From NCBI GenBank assembly GCA_951406725.2, contig OX597834.1:34906001-34970000 (forward strand): 64,000 nt of DNA, given 5' to 3'. This DNA is from Octopus vulgaris (taxonomy: Eukaryota). The notes below the pieces were generated by a model that was given only the letters and a program-made list of their open reading frames with translations, made no database searches and was not told the origin of the DNA. Shown here one piece after another: positions 36,372-49,060 of the stretch. Each line of letters opens with the position of its first letter. Within the stretch, counting starts at the first letter, position 1. A program made the position numbers and the translations under genes.

Positions 36372-36872
36372 ATTCTTTTATTTGTTTCGGTCATTTGACT
36401 GTGGCCATGCTGGTGCACCACCTTTAGTCAAAGAAATCGACCCCAGGACTTATTCTTTGTAAGCCTAGTACGTATTCTGTCAGTCTCTTTTGCCAAACCA
36501 CTAAGTTACTGGTACATAAGCACACTAACATCTATTGTCAAGCAATGGAGGTGGGGACAAACACAGACACACAAATACACACACACACACAAATATAGCC
36601 TTGAACCAACTATTGCCTTGTGAGCGGATTAGGGAGACGGAAACTGAAAGAAGCCTGTCATGTGTATGTGTGTGTGTTTATATCCCACCCCCTCTTGACA
36701 ACAAGTGTTGGTGTGTTTACATCCATGTAACTTAGCAGTTTGGCAAAAGCAACTGATAGAATGAGTACCAGACTTAAATAGAATAAATACTAGAGTCGAT
36801 TCTTTTGACTAAAATTCTTTAAGGTGATGCTCCAGCATGGTCGCAGTCTAATGACTGAAACAAGATAAAAAG
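36372..36872. mobile_element. inverted pair of SINE family A 3' halves
   Basis: 36372-36590 on the minus strand, 36600-36872 on the plus strand. Confidence 0.85.
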
Positions 36873-37459
36873 ATATGCCTGGTTATTATCCTATGACCTA
36901 CTGTATTATTACGATGTACAACCGGTACCATCAGCATCCTCACCATGACCACCACTACCACTATCACCAGGGGCAGCAGAATCGCCCCTCATTTGCCTCT
37001 AAGCACATGACCATCACAACAAGAACCACCATTACCCCTACCTGTAGCAGCAGTAGCAGCACCACCACCACCATCACCACCACCACCACCCAAAAAAAAA
37101 AAAATCACATGCCTCTGTTTTTACCCAGTTTGTTTACTAGATTGATTGACTGAATGCTGTCCTCCATTCTGAAATATCTCAAGAGAAAACTGAAGATAAA
37201 AAGTAAATACAAATCTTTCACTAATAATTGCTTAAAATAGAGCAATAAACAGCAGTAAAACTGTTGATGTTTTATCAAGTTATTTGTACATTAAACATGT
37301 ACATGGTCCAGCTTTATTCACTGTAACATAAGACAGACCAGCTATGGATCATACACATACACACACACACACACAAAACGAAATGCAAATGTTGTTATGT
37401 ACTTAGGTACACTGGCGCATAGCAACACAATTCCTTCCAGATATTGCTTGCTGTAACAG

Positions 37460-37600
37460 TCCTTTCTTATTTCGGTACAAGGTCAGCAATTTTTATTGAC
37501 CCCGAGAGGATGATAGGCAAAGTCTACCTCAGTGGAATTTGAACTCAGAACGTAAAGATGGAAGAAATGCTACAAAGCATTTTGTCCAGATTCTGCCAGT
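37460..37600 (-). mobile_element. SINE family B, internally deleted
   Basis: attgaccccgagaggatgataggcaaagtc...gaactcagaacg. Confidence 0.8.
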
Positions 37601-37668
37601 TTTCTGTCTAAATAATAATAATAACAATAATAACGACGATAATTTCTTACATAATAACAGTTTCTTAC

Positions 37669-37709
<41 letters not shown>

Positions 37710-38279
37710 GTTAAATAATTCATGCCAACCTTTAATTTCCTCTGTAATTTGGAGGAAATTTGAGAAAATTTTACCAATTATTATTGCTAAGTTCATTTGA
37801 AAAGAAGACGGAAGAACAACAAATAAAAAAATAAGACAAGAATAAAAGACAAAAACAAGAAGACGGAGAAGAAGACATCATTAAGCATTAATTGGAGTTA
37901 AGTTGTCATCAGAAAGGTGGTGGTATTTTGGCGCCGTCGTTTATATACGATATTAGCAGAGTTCTATATTTCAACGATGAGACTGCTGGTGCCAATTTAA
38001 GAAAAGTTCTCGAGGAACATTTCAAAAGTGGACTCCACCTTTTAAGTTGGTCAGGAGGCGGAGTGGAACATCAGGCGAAAAGTAGAGGCGGTTTGCATCC
38101 TGTCACTGATTCGTATCCTGTCAACTAGTTCTTTGTGTCTGGCTAACCAAAAACAGGTAGAACTGGGAGTGCGGTGGGAAGATCGCAGTTGCAAACAGTG
38201 GGTGCACTGGGATATTGCTGAGTGTTTCATTTAGATTCTGATGCATGATTCAATGTCCACTTCAGGTAGTTTATACCTT

Positions 38280-38710
38280 ACTGCTTGAGAAGACATGTTG
38301 AGATCAGTAAAATTGGGGCCATACATATATACAGATATGTCTTTTATGCTGTGCCCCCAACTCCCACTGACAGCCGAGAGGTCCTTGTCTTTTGGGCACA
38401 CAGGTGCTGGTGCCATGCACAAAGCACATGTTTTGGTGTCACATAAAATGTGTCTGTGCTGGTGTCACATAAAAACACCCATGCTGGTGTCACATAGAAG
38501 CACCTGTGTTTGTGTCAGGTAGGAAAAAAATACGTTGGTGTCATGTAAAAAGCATCCAGTACACTCTGTAAAGTGGTGGGCATTAGGAAGGGCATCCAGT
38601 TGTAGAAACCATGTCGAAACAGACAATTGGATCTTGGGCAGGTCTCTGGCTGGCAAGCTCCTGTCAAACCATCCAACCCATGCCAACATGAAAAACAGAC
38701 ATTAAATGAT
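38280..38710 (+). mobile_element. family C with LINE ORF-end motif and internal degenerate repeats
   Basis: tgcttgagaagac start, repeated tgctggtgtcacata, core ttaggaagggcatccag, (tga)n tail. Confidence 0.8.
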
Positions 38711-39883
38711 TATGATGATGATGGAGTAGAAAAAGCAGGATGGTCATGGATAGAATATCTTTAATCAAACCTGAGGAATAAACAATAGTAACAACAACAC
38801 TGTCACCTTGAATGGTTTTTCAACTTTTTAATCCTTCAAAGAATATAGTGAAAGATGGTCAAGAAATGAATTGACCATATGCACACCATCTACACACACA
38901 CACACACAGAGTTACTGACATCATTGTCATCACCATTGTTGCTGCTTTAATGTCCACTTGCAGGACGCAGACAGAACTCATTGAGGTAGATATTCTAGGG
39001 CCTGATGCCCTTCCTGTCACCAACGCTCATGTATTTCAAAGCATGGTTAATATTAGAAACAAACAACACTGCTTGCATGACAGTGATCTTCCTTTACAAA
39101 CATCATGTGATGACAAGACAACATGCACAGAAATGATGGGCTTTTTTCAGTTTTTCTTTACCAAATGCACTCACAATGCTCTTATTGTCCCAAGTAAAAG
39201 ACACTGGCCCGAGGTGTCACATAGTAGGTTTGAATCCAATGGGTTCTTTTCATTTGATTACATATATATATATAAATATATATGCATACACACATTATAT
39301 ATATACACGCACATTATATGTGTGTGTGTGTGTGTGTGTGTGTGAAGGTAAGATCCAAGGGTGAAGGTGGAGGAAGTTAGTAAACTTCAGGCAGTCTGTA
39401 GAAAGTATTAAAAAAAAAAAACAACTTTCAGGAACAATAGTGGTTTACTGATGTAACAGGTTGTAAAATTTTCCCATACCAAAGTTCAATGAGCTGAAAA
39501 TATTGTTTTATAGTTTATGGTTAGCAGCTGGGATCTGTGTGTGTGTGTGAATAAAAATCCAAATTTAGGGAACAGAAAATTTATAGAAAAACAAAAGATG
39601 AAGACAGGTGTGTGAACAACAATCAGGTGTATTTGTTTGATGCTGGGAGGGCTGTGAACGTTCAGTTGTTTGATCAATTGAATTACCTACACATTGAATT
39701 AGTATACGAATGGTGGAAGTATTTTCCACAGACGCATCCACCCTTAACCTTTTCACTGCAGAAATCAGATATATCCTCTCTAAATTTCATTACCAATAAC
39801 TGCAGAAAGCAGTTTTATATACCTTATATATATCTTTTGTCGAGAAATGTCATGTTTCAAAGTATTTTCTGTTGAGATGTGTC

Positions 39884-40426
39884 AAGTTTATTGAGACAAT
39901 ATGATTTGCAGAAAATACCATTTCTATTTTTGGGTAGATATTTTTAACACCATTACTAGAATAACCATGAAATTTAATTTTGCAGTTTAACCCATTCATT
40001 ACCAACCCAGCTGAAACCACTTCTGGCTCTGAGTACAAAAGTCTTGTTTTCATAAGTTTTGAATTAAAATCTTCCACCAAACCTTAGTCACAATTTATGT
40101 TCCTAACACCAGTTGAATGATAACTAAGTTGTTTTACTAAATTCTTCGTTATAGTAAAAGTAATTGAAAGAAACAGAGAGCATCTTAAAATAAATACAGT
40201 ATTGAAAGGGTAAACAAACTAACAGTGTGTGCATGGTTTGAGTTAGGAAGGGTATCTAGCCATGAAAACCCAGTCTCAAATAACTCCTTGTTTGAATCTG
40301 TGCTGATATGAAGAAACAGAAATTTATTGAGGTAACATGATTTGCAGAAAATACCATTTCTATTTTTGGGTAGATATTTTTAACACCATTACTGGAATAA
40401 CCAAGAAATTTAATTTTGCAGTTTAA
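39884..40426. repeat. ~105-bp direct repeat (39884-39990 / 40320-40426)
   Basis: atgatttgcagaaaataccatttctatttttgggtagatatttttaacaccattact...ttttgcagtttaa occurs twice. Confidence 0.9.
39987..40213. mobile_element. piggyBac-like MITE (type H)
   Basis: Close to 33461-33684; TTAA-cccattcattac...gtattgaaaggg. Confidence 0.85.
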
Positions 40427-40756
40427 ATGGTTAATGTGATTCTCAGGAAGAACTAGTACAATGGCATGTAACAATGCTATATCTTTGAATTACAACCATA
40501 ATCCATGTGATGGACTTCTATGCAGCTTCCATCTACCCAATTTCATTCACAAAGTAGGGGGGAAAAAATCAATCCAAGGCTATAGAAAATGAAGAGGGTT
40601 GTAATTCTAAATAAGGGCTGACTTGGACTGTGACAACCTGTCTGACCCATACCAGCATGGCAAGCATTTGTAGAATGCTGATGGCGATGATAATTATGGA
40701 CATGCACATACAACACATTGTAACAAAATCTATCTATCTATCTATCTATCTATCTA

Positions 40757-40790
<34 letters not shown>

Positions 40791-41690
40791 TCTGTCTACC
40801 CATCTGCCTGTCCACCTGTCTATCAGTCCATCTACCAATCAATGTCTATCTGTCCGTGCATGTATGTACATATGTATGTATGTCATTATTCAGTTTATTT
40901 CAAGATTTCTTGCCAATAGAGAAAGGACTGGTTTCTAACCTAGATCCAAGGCTCCTTAATTGGAATTCAAGATCAACAAGAGGGTATTTTTGTTTGTATG
41001 TGTGTATGTATGTATTCTCATGCATATAGTTGCACATGTATGTATGTATCTCTCTCTCTATCTATTTATCCATTATCCATCTATCTACCTACATATCTTT
41101 CTTTGTATGTATCTAACTATTGGTATGTCTATCTGTCTGTCTATCAATCTATCTACCTGCATGTACACATACACACACACACAAAAATGCATACAAAAAC
41201 ACACATACACACCTACACAAAAACATACATACACACATACAAACAACAGAAGACAGTTCTACTTTGTCATTTGTAAACAAGTCTTCTGAAGCATGTGTCC
41301 GTATGGTAGCAGTGTATATATTTGCCTGTGTGTGAGCACAAAGTGTATACGTGCATGTGTGTGTATGTGTGTGAGACTGCGTGGGATGGGGTCGGGAAAT
41401 GAGGATGGGGTAGGGTGGGAGAGGAAGAGGATGGGGGTGCCGGTCAATTCGTATTTAGAATATTTGCCAACAAAACCAAAATAATATTTCTCTTTTCTAT
41501 TGATATAATATAATTTGTTTATGGTAAACATCGTTTTATTTTTAGGTTTTGTTTCTTTTTTTTTTGTGTTTCGGTCTCCTCCTTCCCACCTCCCCCGTTA
41601 ATCCAGATATATATCATACAGGATCTATAGATTCTGAGAGAGGGAAAGGGTGTGACCAAGCCAATGCACACACACATACACACACACACA

Positions 41691-41766
<76 letters not shown>

Positions 41767-41803
41767 TAACTACATACATCTACACACACAGAGAATAGCA
41801 AAC

Positions 41804-41842
<39 letters not shown>

Positions 41843-42471
41843 TACACACAAATTTACACAAGCATACACATAAAGTTACAAATACATACAACATACACAC
41901 ACACACACACACACATACATACATAGACAGACAGGCAGACAGATATAACTACACATGCATATACAACACAACGACACATACACACACACAGCTATACACA
42001 ATGAAACCCCTACACACACAGATAACTAAACATGAATACGGCTATATGTAGTGAGTGACATACACATACACACACAATTATACATACATGCTACTAAACA
42101 ATCACACACATAGTTACACAACCATACACACACAAAGTTATACAAATATGCAGCTATACAACTACACGCACACAGAGCTGTACACAACCACATACAAACA
42201 CCTATATAGTCAAACACACTGCTATACACACACACACACACACACACACACATGTCTATATACATGCATCAACACAATATCCACTGCCCCTCCCCACAAA
42301 CACAACTATACAGATATATACATCCACATACACACACATATCTATATATACCAACGTAACCACTCCACACCACACACCCCTACTCCGCTTAATCAAAGTA
42401 CATGGAAACCCATGAAGCAAAACAACAGAAAAAATGAAATTCAACAACAAGCCATACCATTTACATTAGTT

Positions 42472-42625
42472 GGCACAGGTGTAACAGTATGGTTAAAAAG
42501 CTTACTTCTCAAACACGTGGTTTCAGGTTCAATCCCATCGTGTGACACCTTGGCCAAGTGATTTCTGAGCAGATCAAAGTCTTATGAATGTACTTGGTAG
42601 AGGAAAATTGAAAGAAGCCAGTCAC
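42472..42625 (+). mobile_element. SINE family A 5' half
   Basis: aagcttacttctcaaacacgtggtttcaggttcaatccc...caccttggccaagtg. Confidence 0.75.
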
Positions 42626-43029
42626 ATATATCTTTTATCATTGTCTTGGGAGGGTCATTATGCCAATGATAACACATGCACTGGTCCAGTATCACTTCTT
42701 TATCATTAGTCAAATACCTAACCAACTGACCAATCAATTGTTTGTTTAATGTATTGGTTAAACAATCAATCAGTTGTTTGTTCGCGAAAGCTTTTTCAGT
42801 GCCATTTGCAACCTCTTCGATAACTTGCAGCACCACCCCAAAAATTCTCGATTAAATGAATTGACCCAAGTACTTCATGTGTGTGTGTATGTGTGTGTGT
42901 GCCTGTGTGTGTGTGTGATTTGTGTGTGTGTGTTGCAACGTCGATCAAAAATTTGATCCTCAGAAGCAGAAAGGTTGCTAACAGAAGGCAAACTTGTGAA
43001 ATTCTGTTTGTTTTCTTTTTTTTTTTGTG

Positions 43030-43480
43030 TGTGCCTGTCCTCACCCATAGCCATGAAGGTTAAATAATGACCAAATGAGTGCAATTGTGAATACAAGCGG
43101 CCAAAATGGGGTTCCTCTGAAAGATCTCTGGAGTAATGATACTTGACAGGGTGTGTACCCTGCAGATTAGGGTGGGTCTCCAGGCTGAGTTGCTTCTTCT
43201 CTGCATTCAGAGGTCACAGCTCCAATACTATGGACATGAGATTAGAATGTCCGCAAGAAAGAATCGCAAGATGAATTCGTCAAGCTGAGCAAACCAGTGG
43301 GAGACCTAGCAGTGGAGCAAGAATGAAATGGTTGGATGATTTCTATAATCACAGTCAGTCAAATTTGGGGAATCCATCCAGAAAGTGTAATGATGGTAAT
43401 TTTTGATAGGACCCTATAGAGGAGGTGCCTGAAGACCCAACCACAACAAACCTCCCATGAATAGTGGGTAGAGAAGATGA
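43030..43480 (+). mobile_element. RTE-clade LINE C-terminal relic
   Basis: VPVLTHSHEG*IMTK...IQAAKMGFL*KISGVMILDRV...IQRSQLQYYGHEIRM...RMKWLD matches the RTE C-terminus (P.LTYG.E.W.MT; QAAEM.FLR). Confidence 0.85.
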
Positions 43481-44153
43481 CTAGATGGATATTAAACCTT
43501 TGAAAGACATGATATGATCTATTGTTCACTGCTTTCTTTTTGTGCTAGAAATATGGTTTAAAAAATGGTTCAAATAACTTTTTGGCATTTGTCAATGCTT
43601 AGGCATCGTTCTTATGTTTAATTTTCCTAAGTATAGCCATAAAGCCTTGCTTCATAAAGTGGTCTTTCAAAAGCAGCAGGTGCTAGACACATTTACCAAT
43701 TCCATTTGAGAAATAAGGAAAAAACAACAACAACAACAACACAAGATCAGAATTTTCACAACTTCAAAAAACAATCAATAGATGTTTAGATGTTTTAGTT
43801 TCCAAAGTTTTACTTTGAAATTTACAATAACCATTCATTATTTCAGTGAAAATTATGTGAAAGATAAAGAAATTCCGCCATCCACCACCAGCATCATTGC
43901 AGTCATTGGAGAGGGAAAAGGGAAAAGATGGTTAAAACAAACAAGAGACATTTTTCTGGAACGAAAGTTTGTCTTCAATGATAAAAGAATAATTTAGCAA
44001 TATCTTTTGAAACATTAGCATTTAAATGGCTTTCTCCAGAGTGTTTACAAATATTATCATACGGATGTGTGTGTGTGTGTGTTTGTGTGTATAAAACATA
44101 CATATATATAAAGAAAGAAAGAGAGAGAAGTAGATAGATATGTGTGCATATGC

Positions 44154-44186
<33 letters not shown>

Positions 44187-45007
44187 CATATATGTATATA
44201 CATATGTATATGGATATACACACATACGCATGATGTGTATATATATATACACATCTTATATATACATGCAAACATATACACACATAAATGCATACATATG
44301 TTCATACAATCACGAACACGCACATATTTGTATGCATGAAGACGGAGAGAAAGAGAGGCGAGTGTTTTTCTTTAAATATAGATGTGTACGTGTGTGTGTG
44401 TGTGTGTGTGTGTGTTTGCGAGTGTGTGTGTTTGCGAGTGTGTGCGTGTTTGCAAGTGTGTGTGTTAACGTGGCTGCGCATGTGTGCACGTGCTTCTGTG
44501 TTGGAATGTTTACATATCGTGCAGCATGCATATATGTTACATAAAGTGGTATGTACAGAAAGCAAAAATTCGGATGTTTTGCTCTTTACACAGGAGGAAG
44601 AGAGCAACACACACTATATAAATATATGAGAGAGAGTGGGAGGAAGGAGGGAGAGATACAAGAAGATAGACTGAAGGAGAGAGAGAGAGAACTTGGTACA
44701 GAGCAAGTATGAGAGAACTCTAAATATGACTTGAAAGTCTATGTTCAGTACTTATTATAAACACACACAAAGAAATGTGTTAAGCGTTTGTGTTAGAGAG
44801 AACGGCTGTTTAGCTTCAGTGATTCCATTGTTTAGAATATGTTAAATGCTAACTTGGTGTACTTTAGAATCACATCTTAGATAAACTGGCAGCAAGCTGG
44901 AACAGCTAATTGATCCACTTCAAGCAGAACAGTTTTTTTTTCAATAAATAAACACAACCGTGTGTGTGTATGTATGTATAAATATATAAAATCATTATCA
45001 TCATCAT

Positions 45008-45385
45008 CGTTTAATGTCCATTTCCCATGCTGGCATGGGTTGGACGGTTCGATTGGGGCCTGGGAAGCCAGGAGGCTGCTCCAGGCCCCAATCTGATCTG
45101 GCAGTGTTTCTACAGCTGGATGCCCTTCCTAACGCCAACCACTCCAAGAGTGCAGCGGGTGCTTTTTATGTGCCACTGGCACAGGGGAGCTGGCATCGAC
45201 CACAATCGGATGGTGCTTTTTACATGCCACCATCACAGAAGCCAGTCAAAGCGGCACTGGCATCAGCCACGTATGGATGGTGCTTTTTACGTGCTACCAG
45301 CACGGGGGTCACAACTACAATTTCCATTTCATTTGATTTTGATATTGTTGTTGATGATGATGTATTTGACTCAAAAGGTCTCCTA
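45008..45385 (-). mobile_element. family C
   Basis: Same core as 8918-9070, with diverged internal repeat units. Confidence 0.85.
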
Positions 45386-45507
45386 GATACATTCATATAT
45401 ACACCCATACACACTCACACTCTTCTATGTATTTATATACATCTCGAAACACACGCATATATATATATATATTCATATATACATGTATATCTACATACAC
45501 AGTTTAG

Positions 45508-45665
45508 GTTCAGGTGTGGCTGTGTGGTAAGAAGCTTGCTTCTCGACCACATGGTTCCAGGTTCAGTTCTACTGCATGGCAACTTGGACAAGTGTCTTCT
45601 ACTATAGCCTCGGGCTGACCAAAGCCTTGTGAGTAGATTTGGTAGACAGAAACTGGATAAAGCAC
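45508..45665 (+). mobile_element. SINE family A 5' half
   Basis: gtggctgtgtggtaagaagcttgctt...ggatttggtagacagaaact-like sequence. Confidence 0.85.
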
Positions 45666-45709
45666 ATTGTATATATATATATATATATCTATTCCACAGA
45701 CATGCATAC

Positions 45710-45943
45710 CTATTCCTTTACTACCCACAAGGGGCTAAACACAGAGGGGACAAACAAGGACAGACAATCGGATTAAGTCGATTACATCGACCCCAGTGCA
45801 TAACTGGTACTTAATTTAATTGACCCTGAAAGGATGAAAGGCAAAGTCGACCTCGGCGGAATTTGAACTCAGAACGTAATGGCAGACGAAATATGGTGAC
45901 GCATTTTGCCCGGCGTGCTAACGTCTCTGCCAGCTCGCCGCCT
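45710..45943 (-). mobile_element. SINE family B, full length
   Basis: Near-consensus copy; ttccacagacatgcatacc is repeated on both sides (45692 and 45945), a probable TSD inside a family E SINE. Confidence 0.9.
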
Positions 45944-45944
45944 T

Positions 45945-46075
45945 TTCCACAGACATGCATACCCTTAATGTAATTCTCAAGGAAAGTGTCTTGCTCAAGG
46001 ACTCACTGCTCTGCTGGGTACCAAACTGATGACTATGATCGTAAACCAAATACCTGAACTACTAAGCCATGTGCC
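45945..46075 (-). mobile_element. SINE family E, internally deleted
   Basis: aaagtgtcttgctcaagga...ctaagccatgtgcc head. Confidence 0.7.
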
Positions 46076-46499
46076 TATGCCTATAATAACATAATCTAGG
46101 TATAAGCTTATATAATCCATGATATAATCCAACATAGTCTACTACATAATCCAGTCTATAATCTAACATAGTCCTATACACTCAAATATATTCCATTATA
46201 TAAACCACCATTGTCCAATAACAAATGAAAGTTGATATCTTTTTCTTATCTTATACCTGTTTCAGCCATTGGACTGCGGCCATGCTGGGGCACCATCGTG
46301 AAGGATTTTAGTCAAGTAAATCGACCCCAGTATTTTTAAAAAAGTTTTTTTAAAGTCTGGTACTTATTCTATTGGTCTTGTTTGCTGAACTGCTAAGTTA
46401 TGGGGACACAAACAAATGCTGGTTTGTAGGGGAAGGCATACATAAGCACAAAGATACACACACACACACATTTGAAAAGCAGAGACTGACTTTTCTGAT

Positions 46500-46740
46500 A
46501 CATTTCTATATTTAAGAGATGAGGAATTATGTACATTATTTACATTTGACGGACATTTGTCCTCATCTTTGTTGTTAACACAATGTTTCGGCTGATATAC
46601 CCTCCAGCCTTCATCGGGTGTCTTGGGGAAATTTCGAACCTGTGTTCTCAGTCCTAAGGTATTGTTCAAGGTTGTTGTTGTTATTATTATTATTATTATT
46701 CAGGTCACTGCCTGGAATCAAACTCGGAATCTTGGGGTTA
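46500..46740 (-). mobile_element. short element: tRNA-like T-arm/B-box head, (AAT/AAC)n spacer, hammerhead motif
   Basis: Minus strand begins taaccccaagattccgagtttgattccaggcagtgacc (3' half of a tRNA-like head), followed by a microsatellite and then the hammerhead at 46578-46622. Confidence 0.6.
46578..46622 (-). ncRNA. minimal type-I hammerhead ribozyme motif (core CCGAUGA)
   Basis: ACAC-CCGAUGA-A-GGCUG-GAGGGUAUAU-CAGCC-GAAACAUU-GUGU: stem I ACAC/GUGU, perfect 5-bp stem II. Confidence 0.7.
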
Positions 46741-46885
46741 CTCACATCAATTCTTATTAGTTGTGTGTGTGTGTGTGTGTGTGTAAACCCTGTTCATTCC
46801 ATCTCAGATGAAAATTTTTATATATATATATATATATATAAAAATCTGTTCATTTCATCTCCAGAAGAAAAAAATTTTTACACAC

Positions 46886-46927
<42 letters not shown>

Positions 46928-47359
46928 ACGACGTGCTTCAACACAGTTTCTGTCTGCCAAATCCCCTCAGAAGGTACAGGTCAACCTGAGGCTATTATAG
47001 AAGATACTTAAGCCAAGGTGCCCCACAGTGGGATTGAACATAAGGCCATGCGGTTGGGAAGCAAGCTCCTTACCCATTCAGCCACACCTGCGCCTACATA
47101 TTGATCTATAAGAGTGCAGATGTTCAAACGCATGCACAGACATGTAATCCGCAACGTATTTGTTATGTGTTGTCTCTGCATGTGTTTGTTGTGGAATGAG
47201 AGGCCAACGGCTACAAATTGAGAGGACGTAGAGTGGTTAAGTGTGTGAGGTTAATGACTTCTTCTCAGATCTTGGCTGCTGAAGGACTGCAAGAGTGGAG
47301 TTTGCATCTTGAAGTATTGCGCTGAGAGAAACAATGGACTCCTTTTGGCTATACTTATG

Positions 47360-47812
47360 ACAGAGAGAGAGAAAGGGGTGGGAGAGAAGGGGGAGGGTGA
47401 TGAAGACAAGGGGAGAGAGGGAGATAGAGGAGAGAGGAAGACAGGAGAGAGGTGAGAGAAAGAGAAATGAGAGGGGAGACATGGAGAGACGGAGAGGGAG
47501 AGAGACGGAGATGGAGAGATAGAGAGGAGGAGAGAGGGAAACAGAGAGGAAAAAATAGAGAGAGAGGGAAAGAGAGTGGGAAGGAGAGAGGAAAGGAAAG
47601 AGAGGAAGAGAGAGGAGGTGACTAGAGATATGTGTAGAGAGCATGGAAGAACAAGGTAAGAAAAAAGTGTATAATTGAAAAAGACAGAGAGAGAGAGAGA
47701 GAGAGAGAGAAGAAAGAAAAAGTGTGTGAAAGACAGATACATATATAGACAGAGAAAGATAGATGGGAGAGAGAGAGAGGTTAAAGATATAGTGGGATAT
47801 ATGATCAGAAAA

Positions 47813-47845
<33 letters not shown>
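47360..47845. repeat. degenerate (GA)-rich polypurine tract
   Basis: Direct observation; explains the 225-aa SL-rich ORF. Confidence 0.9.
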
Positions 47846-47846
<1 letters not shown>

Positions 47847-48137
47847 TTTGGTGGATTGCTTGAGTAAATAAAAAATGGTGGTGTCCACAATTGAAATAAG
47901 CCCAATCTTTTCACACAAGAATTAACACCTTATCCCAGAGCACACACATGCGCACATGCACACAAACATACACACACACACACACACATACCAATAGTTG
48001 TTGAGAAAATCAACAGCCAGATTGTAGGATTATTTGAAATGATATGTGTGTATGTATATGTGTATGTATGCATGTGTGTGTGTGTGTATATATAATGTAT
48101 ATATAAATATATATATGCATATATATGTATGTATATA

Positions 48138-48200
<63 letters not shown>

Positions 48201-48292
48201 GCAGAAAGAGTGAGCATAAGAAGGGAGATATTTGCGAAGTACATCGTAAGCAAGTGATGAGAGAACACAAAGAATTCTGTCTGCATGAGATG

Positions 48293-48328
<36 letters not shown>

Positions 48329-48659
48329 AAGAGAAAGAGGGTGCACTAGAGATATGCATAGAGAGTATGAAAGATCAAGGCAAGGAAAAAGTGTATGAAT
48401 GATAGAAAGAGAGAGGGTGTTTGAACAAGAGATAGGGATCATTAGAGGGACAGATAGTAAATAAGGAGAGGGAGAGAAAGAGACAGTAAAAAAATATGTG
48501 ATTAGACAGATGCACGGGGGGGGGGGGGGGTAGGATGGTGTCTTGTGGTTTCCTGTAAAAGAAGAATGACAATTGTGGTCGGTTCCATAGAATAAATATT
48601 CACATAACAACAGACATTAGAAGAAAATATGTGTGTGTGTGTGTGCATGGGTGCATATA

Positions 48660-49060
48660 CATGTGCATGTGTAGTTGAGAAGCATGTTTTGCAATTACAT
48701 GGCTTTAGGTTCAGTTACACTGCATGGCACCTTGGGCAAGTGTCTTTTACTATAGTCCTGGGCAGACCAAGACCTTGTGAGTGGATATGGTAGACAGAAA
48801 CTGAAAGAAACCTGTTGTGCATGAGCACACACACGTGTGTGTGTGTGTGTGTGTGTGTTCCAGCACCACCTGGCAACGGGTGTTGGTATATTTATGTCCT
48901 CGTAACTCAGCAGTGTGGTAAAAGAGCCCAATTAAATAAGTGCGAGGTTTTACAAAATAAAAAAAAAAGCAAATCCTAAGGTTGAGTCATTCAATAAAAT
49001 CTTCCAATGTGGTGCCCCAGTATGGCCACAGTCTAATTAATGACTGAAACGTGTGAAAGA
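48660..49060 (+). mobile_element. SINE family A, older diverged copy
   Basis: caccttgggcaagtgtctt...ggtgccccagtatggccacagtc. Confidence 0.85.

Larger units (their letters stand above)
46245..47095 (-). mobile_element. SINE family A split by insertions in its internal microsatellite
   Basis: Tail half at 46245-46470, head half at 46930-47095. Confidence 0.8.

Noticed and set aside
47237-48610. 225-aa and 226-aa ORFs
   Set aside because: These are low-complexity GA/TA/CA tract translations with no domain signal.
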